A stretch of DNA of 64,000 nt from a virus (lineage: Duplodnaviria > Caudoviricetes), in IMG/VR virus record IMGVR_UViG_3300021399_000132, positions 25,746 to 89,745 of that record; one strand, given 5' to 3'. The notes beneath the pieces are model-generated. The model saw nothing but the letters and a program-made list of their open reading frames with translations, did no database searches and was not told the DNA's origin. The position numbers and the translations under genes were made by a program. Positions 1 to 8,827 of the stretch are shown here, piece after piece. The first letter of the stretch is position 1; the number at the start of each line of letters is the position of its first letter.

Positions 1-111
1 CAACGATCTCTGTACATTTAAGAAAACAGAAGATACGTCGACGATTGTACGCACCGATCCTGATGCGGGCAAGAAACGCACCAAAAGTAAAAAGGAGAAG
101 AAAGAGAAGAT

Positions 112-573
112 ATGTACAAAGGAATCGGATTCAAAAAGCCGTTCAAAGTCGAATACAAAAAACTCGCCGAAAACGCAATCGAACCAAAAAGAGGCTCGTC
201 CGAAGCGGCGGGCTGGGACTTATTCTCAGATGCGGCTTATGATATAGCCCCACATTCAACGGTTAAAGTCCACACCAACATCGCCTTGGCCATACCCAAG
301 GGGGCGTTCGGGGCCATCTATGCGAGATCGGGCATCGCGCTCAAGAAGGGACTTCGTCCCGCAAACTGCGTAGGCATTATTGACTCGGATTATCGGGGCG
401 AGATCATCGTCGCATTACATAACGACACGGACGAACTTATGAGCATTGAAGGAGGCACACGGGTTGCCCAGCTCATCGTACAACCGTACATGCCAATTTG
501 TCTGGAAGAGGTTGAAGATCTTGACGAGACAGATCGCGGAGAAGGCGGCTTCGGAAGCACAGGTGAACACTGA
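112..573 (+). CDS. dut: dUTPase (trimeric)
   Basis: All five motifs visible: AAGWDL, RSG, GIIDSDYRGEI, RVAQL, RGEGGFGSTG. Confidence 0.97.
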   Translation: MYKGIGFKKPFKVEYKKLAENAIEPKRGSSEAAGWDLFSDAAYDIAPHSTVKVHTNIALAIPKGAFGAIYARSGIALKKGLRPANCVGIIDSDYRGEIIVALHNDTDELMSIEGGTRVAQLIVQPYMPICLEEVEDLDETDRGEGGFGSTGEH

Positions 574-661
574 TGCATGCCGGTCTCTATTATGCGGCAG
601 CGATAGCTCTTGCTGTGATCGTATGGAAATACTGTGACATTAGAAATGGTGGTGGAATGCA

Positions 662-871
662 ATGAAAAAATATGATTTGAAGACCGTTATCATATATCTG
701 CTGATTTTCGCGGCAATTATGGCTCTTAGTTACCTCATAACAGCTGGAACATTCTATCTGATCTGTAAATGCTTCGACCTCGACATCTGGTCGTGGAAAA
801 CTTCACTCGGCTTATGGCTCGCACTCTTCTTAGTCAGCGGCATCCATGTAGCCCGAGAGGATAAGTACTGA
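662..871 (+). CDS. small membrane protein
   Basis: 69 aa with two hydrophobic stretches; abuts the next gene. Confidence 0.7.
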   Translation: MKKYDLKTVIIYLLIFAAIMALSYLITAGTFYLICKCFDLDIWSWKTSLGLWLALFLVSGIHVAREDKY

Positions 872-1071
872 TGTTCGAATGCTTCCATTGTTTGCACAGA
901 AGTGTCATATGGGGCTGCGACTTCACATTTGAAGACTACGGTCTCGAAGGTGAAGGGTTGATCCACGAATTGACCTGCTCAAATTGCGGCGCGTCAATCA
1001 CTTATTACATAAGATTTGATGAAGATGAAGATGCGGAGTTGGCTTCGCCAGAGGATAAAAATGCAGACTGA
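871..1071 (+). CDS. small Cys-containing hypothetical protein
   Basis: CxxC...CxxC; coupled to neighbours. Confidence 0.65.
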   Translation: MFECFHCLHRSVIWGCDFTFEDYGLEGEGLIHELTCSNCGASITYYIRFDEDEDAELASPEDKNAD

Positions 1072-1261
1072 TTACAACTACAGGCTCGGCGACAGGTATG
1101 CGCTCAGGATTAAAGACGCAGCCGCCTACTTCTCAATTGGGGAAAATAAGATCCGTCAGATTGTAAAAGAAAACCCGGAACTTTGTATCACATCCGGGAA
1201 CAGAACATTGATCAAGAGAAAGCTCTTCGAGGAGTTTCTGGACAAGGCTGAATGTGTATGA
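1061..1261 (+). CDS. xis: Tn916-type excisionase
   Basis: Start reassigned to ATG 1061; RYALRIKDAAAYFSIGENKIR...GNRTLIKRKLFE closely matches the Tn916 Xis pattern. Confidence 0.85.
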   Translation: MQTDYNYRLGDRYALRIKDAAAYFSIGENKIRQIVKENPELCITSGNRTLIKRKLFEEFLDKAECV

Positions 1262-1608
1262 CAAATGAGATGCCTGGATGTTTGCAGTGTAAGCGCTGCG
1301 TCATATCAGAACGCGAAGATGGTCTCTACGGATTGTACTGCGAAAGATACTTAGATAACGTACCGCCTGTCTATCAGGTTGTACGGGCTCGCTGTCATAG
1401 CTTCGAATATGATCCCGAGGAGATTGATGAACGGAAGCTAAGTACTAAAAAAGCGTATAAAAACACCGAAAACGATACCAAAAAAGAGTACACAATCACA
1501 ACCGAATGCAAGGAATGTGTCTACCATAGCAACCGGACTGGTATGTGCCACATCTGGTTCAGGAATACAGACCCAAACGGATATTGTTATCGGGGCAAAA
1601 AGAAATGA
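1252..1608 (+). CDS. Cys-rich hypothetical protein
   Basis: Two CxxC-led modules (CLQCKRC, CKECVY...MC...YC). Confidence 0.7.
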   Translation: MCMTNEMPGCLQCKRCVISEREDGLYGLYCERYLDNVPPVYQVVRARCHSFEYDPEEIDERKLSTKKAYKNTENDTKKEYTITTECKECVYHSNRTGMCHIWFRNTDPNGYCYRGKKK

Positions 1609-1620
1609 GAGGTAATCTGA

Positions 1621-2016
1621 ATGGCTGAACTTGAGCTTGGAAATCTTCTATGGAATGTCGGCAATGCTAACCAAGTATACAATTGCCCACGCTGGGTGGT
1701 CGCATTACTTGCTGACATCGAGAAAGAAATCTCCAGAATCTACTGGAACAAAAACCAGACCGAATGGAGTTCAGCCTTCAGAAATACTGGGGCTGAATAC
1801 AAAGGCAACTGCTTCGAAGTGCATGCCTATAGTTGGAACGATGATGATGACCAACCATGCAACTTCCAATGCGATGATATAAAAATCTCGTGGTACAAGC
1901 ACTTATTCCGTAATCCAACTATCAATATTAACCCTGCCAGTCCGGGTTTCGACACAAAGATCATCTGCATGTATGAAAAGATTATGGATGAGCTGGGGAG
2001 TAGCGAAAAATGGTGA
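1621..2016 (+). CDS. hypothetical protein
   Basis: 131-aa ORF with GAGGT RBS; overlaps next start. Confidence 0.7.
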   Translation: MAELELGNLLWNVGNANQVYNCPRWVVALLADIEKEISRIYWNKNQTEWSSAFRNTGAEYKGNCFEVHAYSWNDDDDQPCNFQCDDIKISWYKHLFRNPTININPASPGFDTKIICMYEKIMDELGSSEKW

Positions 2017-2312
2017 GACCGATTGATGCGAATGCGCTTTTGATACAAATGAAAGAGTATCTTGAGAGACGAGAAGAAGAAGCAAATACGACAGGTAACA
2101 GGTCGGCATGTGTTACTTGGAATGATGCGGTTATGTTAATAAAGAATGCACCGACCGTTGAGACGCAGCCGGTCAGACGTGGAGAATGGGAACTGTCAAG
2201 ATACGCGTCAAAATGGAGATGCGATAATTGCGGTCGGACTGTTGATGAAGATGAAGCAAACACAGAATACGACTATTGCCCGCACTGCGGAGCAAGGATG
2301 AGTGGTGAATGA
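2010..2312 (+). CDS. small zinc-ribbon protein (RPIDANAL...PTV...CxxC...CPHCGARM)
   Basis: Modules typical of small Bacillota-phage genes; overlapping stop/start. Confidence 0.75.
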   Translation: MVRPIDANALLIQMKEYLERREEEANTTGNRSACVTWNDAVMLIKNAPTVETQPVRRGEWELSRYASKWRCDNCGRTVDEDEANTEYDYCPHCGARMSGE

Positions 2313-2653
2313 TGGTTAGAGTGATTGATGCGGATGCGCTGGTACATGATCTTGAGTATGATGTGGAACTATGTGCAATGGCGCTCGATGATATGAATCT
2401 GGTCGGAAAGGAAAGAGAGGATATGCAGTGGCAGAAAGACTGCAAGCAGAACTGCATATGGTACATTTCAGAACAGCCTACAGTTGATGCAGAGCGAGTA
2501 ATTAGATGTAAGGACTGTGAATATTTCGATGTCAAATGGGAAGAGGATAAGTTCGGATTCCTGAAGTACGAAAACGTCTGCAATTTGAGAGGTCGCGACT
2601 TCATAGTGGATGTAAATGATTATTGCTCATGGGCTGAGGAAAAAGAAAAATGA
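2309..2653 (+). CDS. small Cys-rich protein (IDADAL...PTV...RCKDC...YCSWAEEKEK)
   Basis: Shares modules with neighbours; ATGA overlap. Confidence 0.75.
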   Translation: MMVRVIDADALVHDLEYDVELCAMALDDMNLVGKEREDMQWQKDCKQNCIWYISEQPTVDAERVIRCKDCEYFDVKWEEDKFGFLKYENVCNLRGRDFIVDVNDYCSWAEEKEK

Positions 2654-2886
2654 GTCAGCTAACACTCACAGATAAAATCCTTCAGATGATAAGCAATGGA
2701 TATCGCATTGAATTTGATAGCCGATTGGGTTATCGAGATGGTCTAAACGTAGTTGTTTCCAAGGGAGATTATCACACAAGTCACTTCATCGACGGATTAC
2801 CCTTCCGCGATACCGAGCATATGATTATTGTCATTTTAGAAAATAACGAAAGACGCATCCGTGAAATGCAAAAGGGGGATGACTAA
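2650..2886 (+). CDS. hypothetical protein
   Basis: 78-aa ORF, ATGA overlap. Confidence 0.65.
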   Translation: MSQLTLTDKILQMISNGYRIEFDSRLGYRDGLNVVVSKGDYHTSHFIDGLPFRDTEHMIIVILENNERRIREMQKGDD

Positions 2887-2889
2887 AAA

Positions 2890-3129
2890 ATGAACTGGCG
2901 TCTGAAAAGAAACACGGGAACAAATGTCCCTCCGCCCACAATAATCCCACATGCGCCGAAACGGATACGTTGTCCATACTGCGACGCCCCGTTGCGACCC
3001 GGACAACCCCAGTGTGAGTACTGTGGTATGTGGGTCGGTACGCTCTCAAGTATCGACTGCCGGACTTACACTCATGGTGTTGCAACATATGGAGTTCGTG
3101 ATGCGGTGAATGGGAGAAAAGAAGGATGA
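2890..3129 (+). CDS. small zinc-ribbon protein
   Basis: CPYC...CEYC. Confidence 0.6.
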   Translation: MNWRLKRNTGTNVPPPTIIPHAPKRIRCPYCDAPLRPGQPQCEYCGMWVGTLSSIDCRTYTHGVATYGVRDAVNGRKEG

Positions 3130-3512
3130 CAAAGGAAGAAGCGATTTTGATACTCGAAGAAGTAAAAATGTTCGATGATTCAATGTATCAATATAACCAA
3201 AGCTACATGGATGCATTGAATATGGCGATTGAAGCGTTGCAAACAGCAACAATTCATATGACAGGACAGAGCGAATTAATCAGATGTAAAGACTGCAAGT
3301 ATTTCAATGGCAACGATGACTGGTGCGATTATTACAGGCACGTTTACAACGAAGATTATTGCAGCGCGGCAGTTCATGTCGTCAGATGCAAAAACTGCAC
3401 GCACTGGATTAATGGATATTGTGCAGGTATTCCGTTCAGTTGTGATGATTCTTCCTATATCGAAACAAATGAAAATGATTACTGCGATTATGCGGAGAGA
3501 AAAGAAGAATGA
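3126..3512 (+). CDS. small Cys-rich protein with two tandem RCKxC modules
   Basis: ELIRCKDCKYF...YCS and VVRCKNCTHW...YCDYAERKEE. Confidence 0.75.
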   Translation: MTKEEAILILEEVKMFDDSMYQYNQSYMDALNMAIEALQTATIHMTGQSELIRCKDCKYFNGNDDWCDYYRHVYNEDYCSAAVHVVRCKNCTHWINGYCAGIPFSCDDSSYIETNENDYCDYAERKEE

Positions 3513-3886
3513 CAAAGGATGAAGTAGCCAAATATCTGATTAAACCGATTTGCACAAGCACTATTGAAAGCGAAGAGTATTGTAAACAACTTGAAGCATA
3601 CACAACGGCTGTTGAATCATTGAATGGCAGAGATGAAAGAAGAATGAAAGAATATATTGTACATCCACCGAAAGACAATCTGCTTGTGGTCGAAGAATAT
3701 TCAACATTCTACGGCGAGCCTGTGAAAGAACTGATCAGATGCAAGGATTGTAAGCATATGATCAATTGCTATCGGGCGGTATTGATGTATGGAAAAGACG
3801 GATCTGTTGAGCCTAGACGTTTAGATAGCTTTGAAAATCGATTCGGGATGGGATTCTGCTCACTGGCGGAGAGGAAAGAGGAATGA
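3509..3886 (+). CDS. small Cys-rich protein
   Basis: ELIRCKDCKHM...FCSLAERKEE. Confidence 0.75.
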   Translation: MTKDEVAKYLIKPICTSTIESEEYCKQLEAYTTAVESLNGRDERRMKEYIVHPPKDNLLVVEEYSTFYGEPVKELIRCKDCKHMINCYRAVLMYGKDGSVEPRRLDSFENRFGMGFCSLAERKEE

Positions 3887-4284
3887 AAAAGATAATATAT
3901 GCTGTCTTGTTGATGTTTTGTCTCGTTGGCTGTGAAAAGTCCGACCGGGTGAACTTCAACATCAGAAGAGAGGCAAATAACTTCAACATTTACAGACGAG
4001 TAGTCGCAATCAACACCCGTTTGAATGAAACGCTGTTTGCGGTAGAAGGGTACATATCCGTTAATGTTGACTCTGACGGCGATCTGAATGTGACGATTCA
4101 GACAGGAGCAGAAGAATTCAAACTGTTCTATGCACATCTCGGAAACGATGTCACATATACGGTTATTCAGACAGAGCCAGCGAGTGTGACACCATACGCA
4201 TACAATATCAGCTTCTTTCCGGCAAAAGAGGTGCTTGAACATGGGCTGATCGATGTGGTTTCCAGCGAGAGGAAAGAAGAATAA
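3883..4284 (+). CDS. phage lipoprotein
   Basis: Signal peptide with lipobox LVGC. Confidence 0.75.
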   Translation: MKKIIYAVLLMFCLVGCEKSDRVNFNIRREANNFNIYRRVVAINTRLNETLFAVEGYISVNVDSDGDLNVTIQTGAEEFKLFYAHLGNDVTYTVIQTEPASVTPYAYNISFFPAKEVLEHGLIDVVSSERKEE

Positions 4285-4329
4285 AAGAAAGACTGATTGA
4301 TGCTGATATTTTGATGGAGGTATTTAAAG

Positions 4330-4590
4330 ATGACACTGAATGAGTTTTTTGAGTGGCTAAAGACGCAGACTATTGAAACGATGATTGTGTCCTTGAGATA
4401 CAAATATTCTTGGGAAGAAGAATGGACTTATTCAAATGAAATCCTCGAAATTGATTTCTCTGTTGACAGCATTTATATTTGGCTGAATGACTGGAATGAA
4501 GGTCAGACGGATGTTGAAGTTCTTGGATGCATTCCTCTGAGTGAGGTAGTTGTCATGCCATTGGATATGAGAGGTGAAGACAGTGAGTGA
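4330..4590 (+). CDS. hypothetical protein
   Basis: 86-aa acidic ORF with GGAGG upstream. Confidence 0.65.
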   Translation: MTLNEFFEWLKTQTIETMIVSLRYKYSWEEEWTYSNEILEIDFSVDSIYIWLNDWNEGQTDVEVLGCIPLSEVVVMPLDMRGEDSE

Positions 4591-4642
4591 TTTAATCAGC
4601 AACTGTGGAGCGAGGACGGGTGCAGAGGAGAAAGAAAAATGA
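4583..4642 (+). pseudogene. 19-codon relic or minigene MSDLISNCGARTGAEEKEK
   Basis: GTG start, GAGGTG RBS, TGA overlapping next ATG; made of start/end motifs of this gene class. Confidence 0.45.
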
Positions 4643-4872
4643 ATCATGATTATGCTCATTGCCTTGATTTGAAAAAGAGCTGTCCGAAATCGTGCTTCAG
4701 AGCGCAGCTCACAAGGGAAGTTGAAGAGCGGGATGACCTAAAAGAGGTTCCGATGACATGGGCTCGTTTCAAAGGCACAGATGAGTGCCCGAAGAAAAAG
4801 AAAAACCATGCGGCCGATTGCGCGACTTTTGTTCATGGGGAGAAAGGTGGGGAGAAAGGTGGGGGAGAATGA
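4639..4872 (+). CDS. hypothetical protein
   Basis: 77 aa, HC...CPKSC.RA motif; ends in a 12-nt tandem duplication. Confidence 0.65.
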   Translation: MNHDYAHCLDLKKSCPKSCFRAQLTREVEERDDLKEVPMTWARFKGTDECPKKKKNHAADCATFVHGEKGGEKGGGE

Positions 4873-5021
4873 GATTGATTGATCTCGATGACGATCGCCA
4901 CGTGTATACAGGGGACATGGGGGATTATGAAAACTGGAACATTGACCCTGATGCAGTGGTAGATGTCGAATCTTTGAAAAGAGCCATTGAAGAACTGGGA
5001 GGGAAGAAAAATGAAGACTGA
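4869..5021 (+). CDS. hypothetical protein (MRLID... start)
   Basis: Start reassigned to ATG 4869, overlapping the upstream stop. Confidence 0.6.
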   Translation: MRLIDLDDDRHVYTGDMGDYENWNIDPDAVVDVESLKRAIEELGGKKNED

Positions 5022-5223
5022 AGATATTTTAAAAATCATCCTTGATGCTGGATATGAAGGCAGCATCAACCTGCAGTATGACTCCATATCGTTCTGGGCG
5101 CCTAAGAAAACGGATGCAATCCCGGTTTCCAAACTTAGGGAGCTCAAAGAAGAATCAGTTGATGAGAACATGAAAGATTACATTGATATCATTCTCGCCT
5201 TATGGGAGGATGAGTCGGAATGA
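5011..5223 (+). CDS. hypothetical protein
   Basis: Start reassigned to ATG 5011 after GGGAGGGA. Confidence 0.6.
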   Translation: MKTEDILKIILDAGYEGSINLQYDSISFWAPKKTDAIPVSKLRELKEESVDENMKDYIDIILALWEDESE

Positions 5224-5501
5224 TCCATATCAAAGGCGACTGGTATATTGATGTTGACGAGCGCACGTATAATCTGATGAAGTTCATGGGCACATATCAA
5301 GACAAGGATGGGAAGGAGTGTAAAACATTTGCCAACACAACGTACCATCGCACACTTGCGGAAGCCCTTCAGAGATACATGACCTATGTTGTTAGAGACG
5401 CGCTCGAACCGGACATGGAGATCAAAGAAGCCGTACAGACTCTCTGGGATGCCGTAGCCCAGGCAAAGGAAGATATCACTGGTATTACTGGTGGGTTATG
5501 A
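5220..5501 (+). CDS. hypothetical protein
   Basis: 93-aa ORF, ATGA overlap. Confidence 0.65.
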   Translation: MIHIKGDWYIDVDERTYNLMKFMGTYQDKDGKECKTFANTTYHRTLAEALQRYMTYVVRDALEPDMEIKEAVQTLWDAVAQAKEDITGITGGL

Positions 5502-5545
5502 TATCATTCCAATACATAGCGGCTCTTCTCAGAGAGGAGATGTAG

Positions 5546-6808
5546 ATGTCTGAAAAAAGAAAAGACAAGAAGGGCAGGTTGTTGCGCCAGAATGAAAGAC
5601 AGCGCAGCAACGGAATGTACGAATATAGGTACATTGACGGCGGTGGCACCAAGCACAGTGTATACAGTTGGCGGCTGGTGCCCACCGACCGGGTTCCATC
5701 GGGCAAAGACGATAAAAAACCGTCATTACGGGAGCTTGAGGACGATATTCTAAGAGAAATCTCGTCAGGCATTAATCCCAGTTCATCAGCACTCACACTC
5801 AATGAGTGCTTTGACTTGTACATGCAGTCGACTAAGCTGCTTCAAAGGAAGACCAGAGACGAGAAAGCCAGAATATATAAAGATAAGATCAAAGACGTTT
5901 TCGGGAAGAAAAAGATCTCCAAGATAGCCAGAAACGACGTCAGAAACTTATATATCGCCATCCTCGAATCTGGCGGGTCAATGGATTCAGTCACAAAAGC
6001 CGATCAAACGTTGAGCTGTGTGTTCGAAAATGCCATTGCAAACAGGGCAATCAACTACAATCCATGCAATGGCGTTGTAGCAGAACTGAAAAGAGTACTT
6101 CGCTACACCCGCGAGCGCAAGCACAGTTTGACTATAGCTGAGCAAAATGCCTTCCTTAATTATATATCGGGGAGTAATAAGCACAGCCACTGGTACCCGT
6201 TCTTCAAGTTCATGCTTGGTACTGGGTGCCGTATCGGCGAGGCTCTCGGTCTCACTTGGGACAATTGTGACTTTGAAAACGGTGTGATTAGTATTGACCA
6301 CGCCATTCGTTATTACAAGCTCGGCGACTCGGACGATTATGGGCTGGAGATCACAAAGCCTAAGACAAACGCTGGCGTTCGCACTATACCCATGCTCGAT
6401 GCGGTTAAAGAATTATTACTTGCCGAACGTGATAAACAATCGCGGATGCTGCTTAAAGATGTGGTAGTAGACGGAATGACCGGATTTGTGTGGAGAACAA
6501 CACGCGGAACTCTCCCAATCCCTGGGACAATTAACGCAGCGCTCTACACCATCCAAAAAGATTACAACTTGGAAGAGGAATCTACGGCAAAGAGAGATGG
6601 GCGCGAACCTTTATATCTTCCCAAGTTCTCGGTGCATGTCCTGAGGCATACATTCTGCACCAGATTGTGCGAGAATGAATCGAATGTAAAAGTTATCCAA
6701 GAAGTAATGGGGCACGCTTCGATCATCACAACGATGAACATTTATAATGAGGCTACGATGGATGCGAAACGCGAATCGTTCGAAAAGTTGAATGGAAAAA
6801 TTGTTTAA
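5546..6808 (+). CDS. int: tyrosine integrase with Tn916-type N-terminal arm-binding domain
   Basis: MSEKRKDKKGRLL...QR.NG.YEYRY N-terminus; catalytic R (GCRIGE), K, HVLRH, MGH, Y. Confidence 0.95.
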   Translation: MSEKRKDKKGRLLRQNERQRSNGMYEYRYIDGGGTKHSVYSWRLVPTDRVPSGKDDKKPSLRELEDDILREISSGINPSSSALTLNECFDLYMQSTKLLQRKTRDEKARIYKDKIKDVFGKKKISKIARNDVRNLYIAILESGGSMDSVTKADQTLSCVFENAIANRAINYNPCNGVVAELKRVLRYTRERKHSLTIAEQNAFLNYISGSNKHSHWYPFFKFMLGTGCRIGEALGLTWDNCDFENGVISIDHAIRYYKLGDSDDYGLEITKPKTNAGVRTIPMLDAVKELLLAERDKQSRMLLKDVVVDGMTGFVWRTTRGTLPIPGTINAALYTIQKDYNLEEESTAKRDGREPLYLPKFSVHVLRHTFCTRLCENESNVKVIQEVMGHASIITTMNIYNEATMDAKRESFEKLNGKIV

Positions 6809-6815
6809 ACAGGTT

Positions 6816-7090
6816 GTACCACCGAAGGCTGTACCACTCAGCAAGCACGCATGTCAGAAATACCACAAAGTTTACCACTTTTGACGGCAACGATTTAAGA
6901 AGATACGTGACGGTCTGTGAAGTCACGAATTGTGACAATAACGATATATAACGATTCGTGAAGATACGTGAAGAATTTAGCACACAGCTATTGACAGTGC
7001 TAATGATTTGCGAAAACATCAGTAAACATCGGCATTTAGACGGTGTTTAACCAAGTGATTTACCACCTTTTTACCACTTTTCAAGATACG
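6816..7090. other. putative attP
   Basis: TACCAC repeats at 6817, 6832, 6861, 6873, 7061, 7072; tandem TTTACCACYTT pair at 7059-7081; GAAGATACGT at 6899 and 6960; directly after int. Confidence 0.7.
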
Positions 7091-7342
7091 GAGAGCCGCT
7101 ATGATTATATCCGTAACAAAATAGAAATCGAAATATCACATTTGTTATCAAACAATTGATAGTAAATGTTATATCTCGATTCGAAACACGCTTATATTAC
7201 CTTCTGCAGCTTCCTGGAGGCTCTACGGAGCGATTTAACGCGAAGCTTGAAGAAGTAATCAAAGAATTATTATGGCTCTCAGAATGGCTGAAATAAGCTC
7301 TAGGAAGGAGGCGGATGCAATGTCATAACGGGAGGTGATGTT

Positions 7343-7594
7343 GTGTCTTACCAGCGCAAGCAAGAAGATAAAAGAAGGCTCGCTAAACTCTATAACGATG
7401 TATTCCAGCACCGCAGGTGGATCTGCTCCGGTGTGTGCCCGCATTGGAAGGATGATCGCCTATGCAAAATTTACAGGGGCAGGCGAAGCAGAGAGTTTAA
7501 ACAAATCTGCAACAGGAAGCTTCGGCATGTTGAAGAGATCCCCAATTATGGAGGATATAAAAAATGTTCTGAGTTCTGGTGGAGCATCTGGTAA
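7343..7594 (+). CDS. small basic hypothetical protein
   Basis: 83 aa, GGAGGTG RBS, followed by a terminator. Confidence 0.7.
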   Translation: MSYQRKQEDKRRLAKLYNDVFQHRRWICSGVCPHWKDDRLCKIYRGRRSREFKQICNRKLRHVEEIPNYGGYKKCSEFWWSIW

Positions 7595-7598
7595 AAAG

Positions 7599-7634
7599 AA
7601 GGCAGACTGACAATTAAGTCAATCTGCCTTTTCT
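7599..7634. terminator. bidirectional intrinsic terminator
   Basis: AAGGCAGA.TGAC / GTCA.TCTGCCTT stem with A-run before and T-run after. Confidence 0.75.
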
Positions 7635-7941
7635 ATTTTTCAAACTAACAATTTTATAGCTGTGATAAATGACATATAGCGTATAAATGTCATTTAAATT
7701 GCTGACAAAAACCTTGTTTTATTCAGTGTGTTTTTACAGGCCGGGCGTGCAGTTTCAATCACGCGCATCCCACATGGAGTTACACAACGTTGTTGACGGA
7801 GTTCGCCCTCCGAGTGTTCCATTTACTGGGCAGCTATTGTCTTACCGTCTTTTAATGCTTGACTACCGACCTTTGCTTTATTTATCCTGCGTTAGGAAAG
7901 ATTGTCATTGCCAGGGTTGTCGACCATCGGCTCAGTGCCTG

Positions 7942-8154
7942 TTACAATTCTGGTTCTTCATTGGTGACTGCTTCGGCAATTTTGGCGAGGAACCACTCTT
8001 TGCGTGTCTTCGGGTTCACGGAGATTTTTTCTTTGTATATAATGGCGTCGAGCAGTTTCTCCTCAGCGTTTGTCGGGGTGAGATCAACAGTCTCACCATT
8101 TGCGATAGCGTAAAGATACTTCTCCTCTCTTGTAACGGGTGTTAAATTTTTCAT
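7942..8154 (-). CDS. hypothetical protein with three P.T.EE.YL-like repeats
   Basis: LTPVTREEKYL / LTPTNAEEKLL / VNPKTRKEWFL; GGAGGAG RBS. Confidence 0.7.
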   Translation of the reverse strand: MKNLTPVTREEKYLYAIANGETVDLTPTNAEEKLLDAIIYKEKISVNPKTRKEWFLAKIAEAVTNEEPEL

Positions 8155-8167
8155 ATTCTCTCCTCCT

Positions 8168-8195
8168 AAAAAGAAGGGGCTGCTTAGGCAGCCCC
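8168..8195 (-). terminator. intrinsic terminator after lysis genes
   Basis: GGGGCTGC-4-GCAGCCCC followed by TTCTTTTT on the - strand. Confidence 0.8.
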
Positions 8196-8201
8196 GATGT
8201 G

Positions 8202-8576
8202 TTATCTGTCAATGAACCATTCTGTTAAATCGTCTGCTTCGTCTGCCATTTCTTTCTGACCGTTACCGGTCACAAAGTGGCGCAAGAGCGAAATCTGAGA
8301 TTTCCCAATTCGTTGAATGCCTTCATTAACTTCTTTGATCTGAAGCTGGGTGTCGTCTGACTTTCTTTCCAGATGTTCGATCTTCTCATCGATCGCCTTC
8401 AAATGCTCGTAATCATTCCTTACTTTCTTCTCAACATCCTCGACACGAATTTCCAGCTTGGCAGTAGGGGTGAGTGAGTTGAGAAACTGAAGTCCTTTGA
8501 TAGCTGCGACAATCACACCAATGACTGCCGCGACCTTACCAAGTAATGACCAGACTGCCTCAATCTCACTCACCAT
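8202..8576 (-). CDS. lysis-module protein with N-terminal TM and coiled coil
   Basis: One hydrophobic helix then heptads; follows the holin. Confidence 0.65.
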   Translation of the reverse strand: MVSEIEAVWSLLGKVAAVIGVIVAAIKGLQFLNSLTPTAKLEIRVEDVEKKVRNDYEHLKAIDEKIEHLERKSDDTQLQIKEVNEGIQRIGKSQISLLRHFVTGNGQKEMADEADDLTEWFIDR

Positions 8577-8799
8577 CGTCTGCTACCGGCCCCTCTGAAT
8601 ACTCGTATCCAGCATTGGCGGAGTCGATTAATCCTTCAGAGATGATGTAGGAGATAACTGACGCCGCTGACATAATCAGGGCGCTCACCTGTGTCGCTTC
8701 TGACTCTGTTCTGCCAAAAAATACCATCAAGCCAGAAACGAATCCGGCGATTGCCAGCCAGAGTTTACGGCTGGACAACTTTCTTTTCCAATCAATCAT
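8566..8799 (-). CDS. holin
   Basis: MIDWKRKLSSRKLW start, two TM helices, adjacent to the lysin. Confidence 0.85.
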   Translation of the reverse strand: MIDWKRKLSSRKLWLAIAGFVSGLMVFFGRTESEATQVSALIMSAASVISYIISEGLIDSANAGYEYSEGPVADDGE

Positions 8800-8827
8800 G
8801 TTCTTTTCCTCCTGTCATTTAGGTAAA

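Noticed and set aside
4846-4868. GGGGAGAAAGGT tandem duplication
   Set aside because: A single short slippage-type duplication with no further structure
6816-7090. CRISPR-like array
   Set aside because: Repeats are only 6-12 bp, irregularly spaced, and fit integrase arm sites
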